Shown piece by piece: positions 25,620-34,208 of a stretch of DNA of 64,000 bases; positions within the stretch are counted from its first letter, which is position 1, and the number at the start of each line of letters is the position of its first letter. Source of the DNA: an uncultured Candidatus Saccharibacteria bacterium (GTDB lineage: Bacteria > Patescibacteriota > Minisyncoccia > Phycocordibacterales > Zambryskibacteraceae); NCBI GenBank assembly GCA_964383705.1, contig CAYLHJ010000003.1, forward strand, positions 361 through 64,360. The letters run 5' to 3'. Made by a program: the position numbers and the translations under genes. The notes under the pieces were generated by a model that searched no databases, was not told the DNA's origin, and worked only from the letters and a program-made list of their open reading frames with translations.

Positions 25620-26663
25620 TTATCCAGTCCAATTAAACGCCATAATGCTAAAATCAACCAAATCAACTTTACCGTCCGAATTCAGGTCGCTTGAGGTGGG
25701 AGGATTTGCTCGCTTATACCAATATGCCACAACTGAAAAATCAACTAGATTCACACGCCTGTCGTTATTCACATCTCCTTTTGATGGGGATTTTATAGGA
25801 ATGTCGGCAGTAACATTTTTTGTACCGACGACAAAACCAAGCGTTTTACCAAACGCGGTTATCTCCCCGTTCAAAGCCGATTTTGACTTTGTTTGATGTT
25901 GCCCCATTTCAAGAACTGATGTGTCAAAATTCAAAAGATACGCGCCTGTTGCGTCAGCAATTTTCTTTAGAAAAAATTCTTCTTCTGAATTTACACTAAC
26001 TGTTATCTCAGAAGAAGGCGCGCTTTGGCCGAAAATAACAAGATTATCTCCACGTCTTACTTCACTTTTGTCAACTGCAATAGTTGGAGCAATAAAAATG
26101 TTACCGACCTTGGTTGTTACACCCGATGTGACACTAATAGGAAAAGTTAGAAGCGAAGAACGGATACCCTTATTATCCTCAGAATAAACACTAAAAATAT
26201 AATTACCACCAGAAAGACCTGATATGGTCATTTGAAAATTGGCGTTCGCATCGGCAATGGTTGTTGCTGCAACCTGAGCGTCCTTAAGAAGGGTTATTGT
26301 GCTCCGAGGATAGGCTTTCCCAGTAAATACAACATTGGTTATAGGTATAGAGGGGCTACTTGCACCACCGCCGCCACCTCCCCCGCCACCTCCACCACCG
26401 GAAGATCCAGATGTGCACTGCGATGTGTTAAATGTACAAGCGGAGGTACAAGAAAGTGAACCCCCAGAAAAACCGAGTGACGAGCATGAAGATCCGCCAA
26501 GATTTGAGCCATCGCATTGCTCACCACTGCCAACCGCACTGTCGCCACAGCCGGGAACTGTGGCTGTTATTTCAACCGTTATCGCATTTACAACAAACGG
26601 CTCCAAAGTAAAGGCAAGGAGAGTGACGAGAGCAGATAGGAAAAATATATATTGACGATTCAT
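25620..26663 (-). CDS. Secreted dockerin-containing protein: N-terminal 7-Cys module, poly-Gly linker, Ig-like domains, C-terminal type-I-like dockerin
   Basis: Signal peptide present. The C-terminus contains two calcium-binding dockerin repeats, GDVNNDRRVNLVDFSVVAYWY and DLNSDGKVDLVDFSIMAFNW, matching the DxNxDGxVxxxD pattern. Confidence 0.6.
   Translation of the reverse strand: MNRQYIFFLSALVTLLAFTLEPFVVNAITVEITATVPGCGDSAVGSGEQCDGSNLGGSSCSSLGFSGGSLSCTSACTFNTSQCTSGSSGGGGGGGGGGGGASSPSIPITNVVFTGKAYPRSTITLLKDAQVAATTIADANANFQMTISGLSGGNYIFSVYSEDNKGIRSSLLTFPISVTSGVTTKVGNIFIAPTIAVDKSEVRRGDNLVIFGQSAPSSEITVSVNSEEEFFLKKIADATGAYLLNFDTSVLEMGQHQTKSKSALNGEITAFGKTLGFVVGTKNVTADIPIKSPSKGDVNNDRRVNLVDFSVVAYWYKRANPPTSSDLNSDGKVDLVDFSIMAFNWTG
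26365..26402. repeat. (GGN)12 trinucleotide run encoding Gly12 in the dockerin protein (antisense reads as poly-Pro)
   Basis: CCACCGCCGCCACCTCCCCCGCCACCTCCACCACCGG is visible in the sequence. It is an imperfect GGN repeat. Confidence 0.8.
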
Positions 26664-26666
26664 TCA

Positions 26667-27653
26667 TTATTTATCGCGCATTGTTTCCGCAATAATTCTA
26701 CGCTTTAGTCTGGCCACCCAAGCCTTAAAAACAAAACGTGCGAGTCCAAGAATCACAATAGTTATTGTTAAAAGTTGCCAAGGAACAACAAAAAAATTAT
26801 ATGATGCATTAGCATCTTGTGGAGACTCTCCCCATATTACTTGCATATGGGCCGTATACAAACCAAAATGAAAGTCTATTATTTGATTAAGTGCCATTTT
26901 AAAAAATCCCCGTTTTTCTTCTTCACCTTGTTTTGATCCCCATAACACCTCAAAACGCCTTGTACTATTTGGAAGTACACTCCCTTCGTTCTCGTTGGCA
27001 AGCAAGGTCGCAGATGTAAGTTGTAAGGTGTTTTTAATCTTTATCTCGCCGCGCGGAACAACCCTGTCTCCACCAGTATTATTGAAGCCATACTCAAATA
27101 AGATTGGAAGCACACTAAAAAAACGTTGGCCATTTAACGCACCAAAATCAACAAGCCCGGCCGACTCTTCAACCTCTCCTGACACTTTCAAAAGCATTAA
27201 AACGCCAATTTTACCTCCGATGGTAACTTCGCCTCCACCTGTACCCTGAGCAGGCTGGCTTCCGAAAAAAACAGCAGCAAAATAACCTCCAGCCTTCGCG
27301 TTTTCAGGAATTGATATTGTGTAAGGGACCTGTACCCTTTCACCAGGAGCAAGCACGACTTGAGGATCAGTTGAAACCCAAGTTGCAAGACCATTATTTG
27401 CGCCTATGAAATAAGGTGCGCCAGAATCACCTCGTGATTCAAAATTTTCATATGAAGCATAAAAAGTTTTAGTCTCATTTTGTTCGTTAAAGAGTTCGAT
27501 CTCTCCCCTCACTGTCTGTCCAGGATCGGCCGCTATCTCAATCTTTGCGGGAGAAACAGTAAGTGCATATGTGTTTGACACAATGCCTGTTGCAGTAATA
27601 AGTATGAATATGTAAAAAAATATTTTTCTCATGGGTGTTCGAGAGAATATCAC
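26667..27653 (-). CDS. Cell-surface protein with signal peptide, beta-rich ectodomain and a single C-terminal TM anchor; DUF916/DUF3324-like architecture as found in WxL loci
   Basis: 328 aa. The N-terminal segment LTVSPAKIEIAADPGQTVRGEIELFNEQNETKTFY is followed by a C-terminal TM helix and an RLKRR tail. Architecture and position match the DUF916/DUF3324 partner of WxL proteins. Assignment rests on architecture only. Confidence 0.4.
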   Translation of the reverse strand: MIFSRTPMRKIFFYIFILITATGIVSNTYALTVSPAKIEIAADPGQTVRGEIELFNEQNETKTFYASYENFESRGDSGAPYFIGANNGLATWVSTDPQVVLAPGERVQVPYTISIPENAKAGGYFAAVFFGSQPAQGTGGGEVTIGGKIGVLMLLKVSGEVEESAGLVDFGALNGQRFFSVLPILFEYGFNNTGGDRVVPRGEIKIKNTLQLTSATLLANENEGSVLPNSTRRFEVLWGSKQGEEEKRGFFKMALNQIIDFHFGLYTAHMQVIWGESPQDANASYNFFVVPWQLLTITIVILGLARFVFKAWVARLKRRIIAETMRDK

Positions 27654-27669
27654 ACCCCATACACCAATG

Positions 27670-28773
27670 CTAGAAGTTAGCAGTTGCTACATAGGTGAGG
27701 GTTGCGGTGTAAGCACCAGCCTCCGTCGAAGATGTGATATTCGCGAGATATCGTGCTGAGTATGTTGTGTTTGCAGAAGCGCTAGTTGCCGCTGCCACTT
27801 CATCAGGGAAAGCGGCAGTATCAAATGCAAAGCCCGCAGCCGCGTAGGGAGCAGAAACTGCGCCCGAACCACCAGAGGCTGTCATGCGTAAGCCAAATTG
27901 TTCGGTGCCCACCGAAGATGCAGTATTTGAGGAACCAATTGCAGATATAGTATTAGCACCAGAAGTAAGCGTTGCCCCATTCACCGTTACGGTGTAGCCG
28001 TTTGCTGCATTTGTGCCAACAACAAGTGTGTGTGCCTCCGCTTCGGTCGCAGAACCATTTGTATCACCAGAAGCAAAGAAATCGTCAGAGGCAGAGAGTG
28101 TACCAAACCCTATCGAGTTATCAGAGATAGTAAAGGTAAGTGATTCATCTACGGTTGCTGAAACAGACACCTGGTCATCGTTCAAAATGTTAATAACGAT
28201 ATCACCTGAATCTCCGAATGTTCCCGCAATTGCAATAGTATAGCTCGCTGCTGAGGCATGGTTAGTAATTTGTGTATCTCCAGTTGCTCCAGTTGTTGCG
28301 TTTGTACCAATCTGAACCTGAACACAGGCATCTGCGGCGATCGCGGCTGCACCAACACCGTCACTTGGAGCGGTAAGTGTAAGCACCTGGCCAGAAAGTG
28401 CTGCGCCCCAAGCGGTTGCTGAAGGTGAAGCGGCAAGTGTTTCTTCGTTAGAATAAGTTGGGGCGGTACAGTTTGACTGACTACCTGCGGAGTGAGCAAG
28501 ATCCACATCAGCAAAATCAAATGTGTTCGTAGTAAATCCTGATGGAAGCGTAATCGTGATGGTGTCCGACGACTGGTTAGCGCCCGTAGGAGATCGAAAA
28601 ACAATCGTATGATTTGAGGCCGTGCTTACTTTCTGACTCGACATTGTGTCTGATTTATTAAGAAGTGAAGCTGCGTATATGATATTAGGTGCTATACCCA
28701 AGAAGCAGGAGACTAGCGTAAACACAAGAAATAAGCTGGCGATAAAACGAAACCGTAAAAGGAGCTTGTGCAT
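27670..28773 (-). CDS. Secreted protein (367 aa) with a C-terminal WxL-like domain in which the two conserved Trp positions are Tyr; the 'small' member of the pair
   Basis: Signal peptide present. The C-terminal roughly 170 aa (LTFTISDNSIGFGTL...GYTVTVNG...EQFGLRMTASGG...YSARYLANITSSTEAGAYTATLTYVATANF) is shared at about 65% identity with the 906-aa neighbour. Confidence 0.5.
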   Translation of the reverse strand: MHKLLLRFRFIASLFLVFTLVSCFLGIAPNIIYAASLLNKSDTMSSQKVSTASNHTIVFRSPTGANQSSDTITITLPSGFTTNTFDFADVDLAHSAGSQSNCTAPTYSNEETLAASPSATAWGAALSGQVLTLTAPSDGVGAAAIAADACVQVQIGTNATTGATGDTQITNHASAASYTIAIAGTFGDSGDIVINILNDDQVSVSATVDESLTFTISDNSIGFGTLSASDDFFASGDTNGSATEAEAHTLVVGTNAANGYTVTVNGATLTSGANTISAIGSSNTASSVGTEQFGLRMTASGGSGAVSAPYAAAGFAFDTAAFPDEVAAATSASANTTYSARYLANITSSTEAGAYTATLTYVATANF

Positions 28774-28878
28774 AAATGTGCTGTTAGATTTTTTAAATTA
28801 CTCTTATTAAGACACGGCTATATACATGTTTAATTGTATCTAATTATTAAAATATTTGCATAGAACTTCTGTGGAGAA

Positions 28879-31599
28879 CTAAAAACCTGCAGTGATGACA
28901 TATGTAAGAGTTGCACTATAACTCCCCGCTTCGGTGGTCGCAGAAATATTTCCGAGGTAACGTACTGAATATGTTGTTGTAACATCATCTCCATCAACAT
29001 CAGATGCCACCTGGTCAGGAAAACTTCCGGTATCACACGCGAAACCACTTGCGGCATATGGAGCAGTTACGGAACCATTACCTCCAGATGCACTCATCCG
29101 CAAACCGAACTGCTCGCTACCCGCGCTTGAGGAGGTGTTTGTGCTACCAATCGCGGTAATAGTATTGGGACCAGATGTGAGTGTATTTCCATTTACCGTT
29201 ATGACATAGCCACTGGATGCATTTGTCGAAGCAGAAATAGTATGTGCCTCTACCTCCGTACCAGAACCACTTGTATCGCCCGTTGCATAACGCGCGGCAG
29301 AAGACAATAACGTGCCGAAACCAATTGAGTTGTCGGAGATTGAGAATGTTAATGTACCAGATGCGCCGCTAGCCGCAGTTATCACTTCGGGAACAACGGT
29401 ATATGTATCAAGCTGCGTGCCATCAGATTCAACTACGCGAAAACAATATGATGTGTTTGCGATCGCGCCGTTATCAATTAGCGCGAAGTCCCACTTGCTG
29501 TCTTGACCAGAGGGAACTGCCGCAACCGTATTGGTGAAGTTATTTGCTTCCTCATAATCTTGATTTACGATGGTGTGTCCACTATGTGTCGGATCGCTTG
29601 CGTTCGCGGTTAAATTATCTCCATCGGCTGGAGTCGCATTGTTATTGTAGGCAATAACCGTTGAGCCCGTAACGTCGGCATAACTTTCACCAGAAAAACT
29701 TGTGTCGCAGGTGCCACTTTTTTCGGCAAACTGTAATTTAAGATTTTGCGCACTCGCTGCAAGATTTGCGGTGCCAACATGCAAGAGCGTTCGGAGGCGA
29801 AATGCATCACCAGTTGAGGAAAGTGTTGCGGCAGTGTCTTGCGCGGCAAGTGCACTCCCCACATCAGTAGAATTTGCATTGCTAAAAAGACGGTAGGCCG
29901 CTTGTTCAAACGTAGGTGGCGTTTCTCGCACACGGATAAAAATACCAGGGCCACGAACATTGGTTACAGTGCCCGCCGCTGTCGCAATCATGGTGGGCGC
30001 CGCTGAGCTGGTACCAGAAGACACCGAAGAACGTACTGTGAAGCCACCTATGTCGTTACCAGTCGCACTGTCCGGCTCGTTGATTTCCGTTACAGTGCCA
30101 AACGTGACTCCCGTTTGCGTAAATGATTCCGATGAAAACTGTGCCGGCGTGGTAACGTCCGTTGGAATTACCATCGCTCCCAAGATATGATCACCTGTTG
30201 TAACACCTGGGTCAGCAGACATAGCGATAGAAACCGAAGTATCACCGGTCGCATCCGAACCGGTCGTTGCGGCTAAACTCCACACATCTGAGTCACTCGA
30301 AAGTCGATACATTTGCGCCCATGAGGCGTTGTTGGTAGTAAGTGAAAAACAATTCTCGCTTGCTTCTGTTCCAAGTGCAGTGCGGTAGAAAGAAAACACG
30401 TTGGTGTTGCCAGTATCAATGCCTAGCGTCGTACCATAACCACCTGCACCGACTAGAGAGCCGTTTGTAATTGCTGTCCAACCGGAGGGTGTCGTCACAG
30501 AACCGCTATTTGCGGTTGAGGGCTTCATACCTATAACAACGATTAGAATGTCATTTACTGCAACGGAGGCTGGGTGTGCTGGACATATTCCCGTACCAGT
30601 CGTTGTGGTTTGATACGCAAGAGTACCTGCCGCCTGGTATGTAATAGTCCCCGTCGCGCGTATTCTGATGAATATTCCAGGGCCACGAACATTGGTTACT
30701 GTACCTCCCGCAGTACCAGAGAATGTTGGGGCCGCGGAGGAAGTCCCGGAAGATACCGATGAGCGAACAACCACCCCTCCTATATCATTTCCCGTTGTAG
30801 AATCGGGTTCTGAAACTTCTGTAACAGTACCAAATGTGATGCCAGTTTGTGTCAAGGCCTCAGCAGAGAATTGCGATGGCGTCGAAACGTCAGTAGGAAT
30901 AACCATTGTCGCCAAAATATGGTCTCCACTTGCGACTCCTGGATCAGCTGACATTGCAATTGAAAGAGATGTATCACCAGTCACATCCGATCCAGTGGTA
31001 GCGGCCAGTGTCCAATCTTCAGTTGCATTAGTAAAACGGTATATTTGAGCCCAGGCAGCATTATTAGTCACAAGTCGCACCAGCACTGTGCCAGTTTCGT
31101 TTCCCTCCGCAATTTTATAATATGAAAATACATTAGTGTTGCCGGTGTCCGCACCAAGTGTAGTACTGTATCCGCCCGCGCCGACTAGAGAGCCGTTTGT
31201 AATTGCTGTCCAACCTTCGGGAGCCGCCCCGATTGAGCCGCTGTTCGCGGTCGAGGGCTTCATGCCTATAATCATCACAAGTAAATCACCGTTAGCAATT
31301 GAAGCTGGATAGCTTGGCGCGATGGTAACAACCCCACTGTTAGCCACAGCACTTGCAGATTGGTAGGTAATGGCTGCGTGTGCTTCTTGTATTCGGATCT
31401 TATCCGCCACCTTGCGAAGCGAACTAAAATTATCAACGACATTTGAATCGCGGGAAAGATGCCACGCCTTATCTACAATATTCTGCGACTGCGCATATGA
31501 ATCAAGAAGCGCAGATACGATCCAAAACGGCCCATTAGAGAATAATATACCAATTACAACAAGTATCGTTATAGAAATGTTACAAATCTTCCTCAGCAT
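28879..31599 (-). CDS. Large secreted protein (906 aa) with two roughly 240-aa internal tandem repeats and the same C-terminal WxL-like (Tyr-variant) domain
   Basis: Signal/TM N-terminus. Tandem repeats run from about aa 76-315 and 316-555. The C-terminal domain ...LTFSISDNSIGFGTL...GYVITVNG...EQFGLRMSASGG...YSVRYLGNISATTEAGSYSATLTYVITAGF is shared with the 367-aa neighbour. Confidence 0.55.
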   Translation of the reverse strand: MLRKICNISITILVVIGILFSNGPFWIVSALLDSYAQSQNIVDKAWHLSRDSNVVDNFSSLRKVADKIRIQEAHAAITYQSASAVANSGVVTIAPSYPASIANGDLLVMIIGMKPSTANSGSIGAAPEGWTAITNGSLVGAGGYSTTLGADTGNTNVFSYYKIAEGNETGTVLVRLVTNNAAWAQIYRFTNATEDWTLAATTGSDVTGDTSLSIAMSADPGVASGDHILATMVIPTDVSTPSQFSAEALTQTGITFGTVTEVSEPDSTTGNDIGGVVVRSSVSSGTSSAAPTFSGTAGGTVTNVRGPGIFIRIRATGTITYQAAGTLAYQTTTTGTGICPAHPASVAVNDILIVVIGMKPSTANSGSVTTPSGWTAITNGSLVGAGGYGTTLGIDTGNTNVFSFYRTALGTEASENCFSLTTNNASWAQMYRLSSDSDVWSLAATTGSDATGDTSVSIAMSADPGVTTGDHILGAMVIPTDVTTPAQFSSESFTQTGVTFGTVTEINEPDSATGNDIGGFTVRSSVSSGTSSAAPTMIATAAGTVTNVRGPGIFIRVRETPPTFEQAAYRLFSNANSTDVGSALAAQDTAATLSSTGDAFRLRTLLHVGTANLAASAQNLKLQFAEKSGTCDTSFSGESYADVTGSTVIAYNNNATPADGDNLTANASDPTHSGHTIVNQDYEEANNFTNTVAAVPSGQDSKWDFALIDNGAIANTSYCFRVVESDGTQLDTYTVVPEVITAASGASGTLTFSISDNSIGFGTLLSSAARYATGDTSGSGTEVEAHTISASTNASSGYVITVNGNTLTSGPNTITAIGSTNTSSSAGSEQFGLRMSASGGNGSVTAPYAASGFACDTGSFPDQVASDVDGDDVTTTYSVRYLGNISATTEAGSYSATLTYVITAGF
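29935..31374. repeat. Intragenic tandem duplication: two units of about 720 bp (roughly 75-80% identical by eye) inside the 906-aa surface-protein gene
   Basis: A near-identical block (ATGAAGCCCTCRACCGCRAAYAGCGG...GGTTGGACAGCAATTACAAACGGCTCTCTAGTCGG) recurs at minus-strand offsets about 31262 and about 30541. The duplicated antisense shadow ORFs 29960..30190 and 30668..31048 also reveal the repeat. Confidence 0.65.
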
Positions 31600-32530
31600 A
31601 GGTGCTTACATAGTTATATATGATATTTGAGATATCGCGCATCATATTTCGAGCATGCGATTCTTCTCCAGTTCTAACCATGACTGTTAGGACATATGGG
31701 CGACCGGTCGGATATACGATACCGGAATCCACATAAACATTTTTATCTGTTGCAATACCAATTTTGTGCGAAAATTCTGTTCCTTCAGGCAGTCCGCCCT
31801 CAATAAAGTTCTTAAAAGCTGACTCCGTCATAAATGTCAATAATTTTTGCGAATATTCAGGAGAAAGATAGGATGACGTATACAACATTCTAAAAATTGC
31901 GGAATACCGTTTGGCGCTAATGCGACCATCGGTATCAAAAAACCCCTTGAGACCAATGTGTTCATATACCGCTTCCACCTCCTCAGTTTCCAGATTACGA
32001 AGCAAGATAAAGTGCGCTGTATTATCTGATTCAACCAGTGATCGCCGCACGAGATCTTCTATAGTATGCGTAGAATTGATCGGCTCTTGGTATAACGTAC
32101 CGAACAGTTCATCTCTGTCTCCGGCAAGTAAGACTAATTCATTGCCCCATTTCCATTCCCCACGCTCTATTTTTTTAGCGACAGCAACCGCAACCGGCAC
32201 CTTGAGAAGAGAGGCTGGATAAAATTCTGCATCTTTGTTAATCGAAATATTCGCGCCAGTCGGCAAATATTCAAAATACATTGATATATCGGGGTTGTTT
32301 TCATACAAAGCATTGAGTTTGTTACGAAGAAGTTGAAAGTTGACAATGAGATTTTCCTGCTCGACAAAACGACGTGAGGGATCAACAAATGAGAACAATG
32401 TATCGGATAACCGCGCATCGGTTTGATGTTCTGCCTGCCACCACGTGAATATATTAGTGATGAGCAACACCATTACCACTCCCGAAAGGAAACGTATCGA
32501 AATATTATTTTTGCCTTGGACATATTTCAT
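31580..32530 (-). CDS. Class A beta-lactamase-fold serine hydrolase-like protein, membrane anchored
   Basis: N-terminal TM helix. SxxK (ASLLK) and SDN (VESDNTA) motifs are present. The position where KTG is expected reads KIG, so true beta-lactamase activity is uncertain. Confidence 0.45.
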   Translation of the reverse strand: MKYVQGKNNISIRFLSGVVMVLLITNIFTWWQAEHQTDARLSDTLFSFVDPSRRFVEQENLIVNFQLLRNKLNALYENNPDISMYFEYLPTGANISINKDAEFYPASLLKVPVAVAVAKKIERGEWKWGNELVLLAGDRDELFGTLYQEPINSTHTIEDLVRRSLVESDNTAHFILLRNLETEEVEAVYEHIGLKGFFDTDGRISAKRYSAIFRMLYTSSYLSPEYSQKLLTFMTESAFKNFIEGGLPEGTEFSHKIGIATDKNVYVDSGIVYPTGRPYVLTVMVRTGEESHARNMMRDISNIIYNYVSTYAEEDL

Positions 32531-32538
32531 AGTTTCCT

Positions 32539-34110
32539 TTATTTCACATTAACTATGTTTATCTGGCAGATTACCGATGAATCCTCCTTGCCTTTTTGGG
32601 TAAAGACAATTGGAACAGTGAAGTTCCCAGTAAGTGCACCCTCCTCGTTTCTTATACGAAGCGACACGATGTCATCGTCAAAGTCAGGCTCATACACATA
32701 GTCATCATTTGCTGAGAAGACCATATTAACACCATCAGGAAGACTTCCGATTTCAAGTTGATAGTTTTCGTCGAGAGATTTTTGCAACATAACTTTTGTC
32801 GAAAAAGAACGCCGACCAAAGACATCAATACTGAATGGCGACGCCTCGCAGCGATGCACAGCATTCGGATCGATGATTATTTCTTTTGTGAAATTCCTTA
32901 CTGAAAGTCGCGGCGGGAGAGGTACCGGTTCGATAATGGGTTGATATGTTTCCTCGATGGGCAGTTCATCTACGATCACTTCTTCCAAAGCTTCCTGTTC
33001 TTCGGTTGGGATAAGTTCCCCTATTGTTTCTCCCAAGACTTCGCCGATTGCACTTGCAACATTCGCAAGTTGCGATGTGTCGCTTTGATTCGTGTACTCG
33101 TATTCCGTCTCGATCCACACGGAATCAAGATAGATAATTGGCGCGACGCCGTCTACCACAGGTACACTTTGAATGCCAATTTGTATTTTGGCAATATTTT
33201 CCCAGTCCGACACTTCTTCGATGGGTATCTCAAAATACTTACTTCCAAATTCGTCTTTCTCCACAAACCCAAGACTTTTCCATTCAACCCCATCAAGCGT
33301 GTAGAGTACTTCCACCAAGCCGTACGCGGAGATGGAGGTGGGAGTTGCGATATCCGGAGTCGTGGTGGCAGTCTCTTCAATCGCATCCGTTGTCGACGAC
33401 ACAGTATCCAAAATCTCTTGTGCATACACGACAGTCGCAAAAAAATTTAAAATAGACGCGGATGGTTCTTGTGGAGCAGGCTCAGGTGATGGCTCTGATG
33501 TCGTCTCTTGTGGCTGTGGCGTTGATTCTTCAACGGCTGAAACTGCTTCCGATTCAGGTTCAGAAACCGATTCGGTTGGTGCCAGAGTTTCTGATTCTCC
33601 TGATTCCGCCGCTGCTGGTCCCAGTTCTGCATTTGACTTTTCAGCTGATTGATCAAACGCACCCGTTGCATTTGCATCCTCGTTCTTGATTTGTATGTTT
33701 CCTTCTATTTGCGCAGCAGAATCAGTGGTGGCTGCAGTATCTTCGACCTGAAGCACTTCGGTGTTCAATTTCGGATACTCGACCGCCCAAGAGAATTTAA
33801 CTAGGATATTCTTCGGTACCGTATTTTCCAAAATATCTCCGGCAAATCCGCCGCAATATATTTGGGCGTGCGCACTGGCGTCGAGTCGAGCTGAATTAAC
33901 TTGCGTAAATATCGGCGCCCCACCCAATTCATTGGCTTCGGGAACACCGGAAGCGAGATGCGTGTTCTCCCATCCCCCAAGACACATCGATGCATACAAA
34001 TTGTAAATGCTTGCACGTGCGGTTAATGTATATAGTGACACGCAAAAAATAATAACAATGGCCACTACCGCGGAACATACCAAAAATAATCTTGGAAGTG
34101 TAGTACGCAT
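32539..34110 (-). CDS. Membrane-anchored secreted protein with an acidic Ser/Glu/Pro/Thr-rich low-complexity linker; hypothetical
   Basis: 523 aa. N-terminal TM/signal. The low-complexity segment ESGESETLAPTESVSEPESEAVSAVEESTPQPQETTSEPSPEPAPQEP is prominent. No catalytic motif recognised. Confidence 0.4.
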   Translation of the reverse strand: MRTTLPRLFLVCSAVVAIVIIFCVSLYTLTARASIYNLYASMCLGGWENTHLASGVPEANELGGAPIFTQVNSARLDASAHAQIYCGGFAGDILENTVPKNILVKFSWAVEYPKLNTEVLQVEDTAATTDSAAQIEGNIQIKNEDANATGAFDQSAEKSNAELGPAAAESGESETLAPTESVSEPESEAVSAVEESTPQPQETTSEPSPEPAPQEPSASILNFFATVVYAQEILDTVSSTTDAIEETATTTPDIATPTSISAYGLVEVLYTLDGVEWKSLGFVEKDEFGSKYFEIPIEEVSDWENIAKIQIGIQSVPVVDGVAPIIYLDSVWIETEYEYTNQSDTSQLANVASAIGEVLGETIGELIPTEEQEALEEVIVDELPIEETYQPIIEPVPLPPRLSVRNFTKEIIIDPNAVHRCEASPFSIDVFGRRSFSTKVMLQKSLDENYQLEIGSLPDGVNMVFSANDDYVYEPDFDDDIVSLRIRNEEGALTGNFTVPIVFTQKGKEDSSVICQINIVNVK

Positions 34111-34208
34111 ATTATGATTGTAACAAGATTAAAACAATAATAATATCCTACATTCATAAATGATTGTATTAATTGCTCTATATAAAATTTCCGTCGAAGT
34201 TTCTTTTT

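Noticed and set aside
26335-26655. Plus-strand ORF encoding a poly-Pro run (PPPPPPPPPPPP)
   Set aside because: Antisense shadow of the (GGN)12 Gly-linker in the dockerin gene.
29960-31048. Two similar plus-strand ORFs (29960..30190 and 30668..31048)
   Set aside because: Antisense shadows of the two tandem repeat units inside the 906-aa gene. They are useful only as evidence of the duplication.
29935-31374. Possibility that the 720-bp repeats or any other repeat represent a CRISPR array
   Set aside because: The repeat units are long, protein-coding and only two in number. No short, regularly spaced direct repeats with unique spacers were seen anywhere in the window.
33138-33689. Several overlapping ORFs on both strands inside 32539..34110
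   Set aside because: Low-complexity acidic Ser/Glu/Pro coding on the minus strand generates open antisense frames. There are no start signals.
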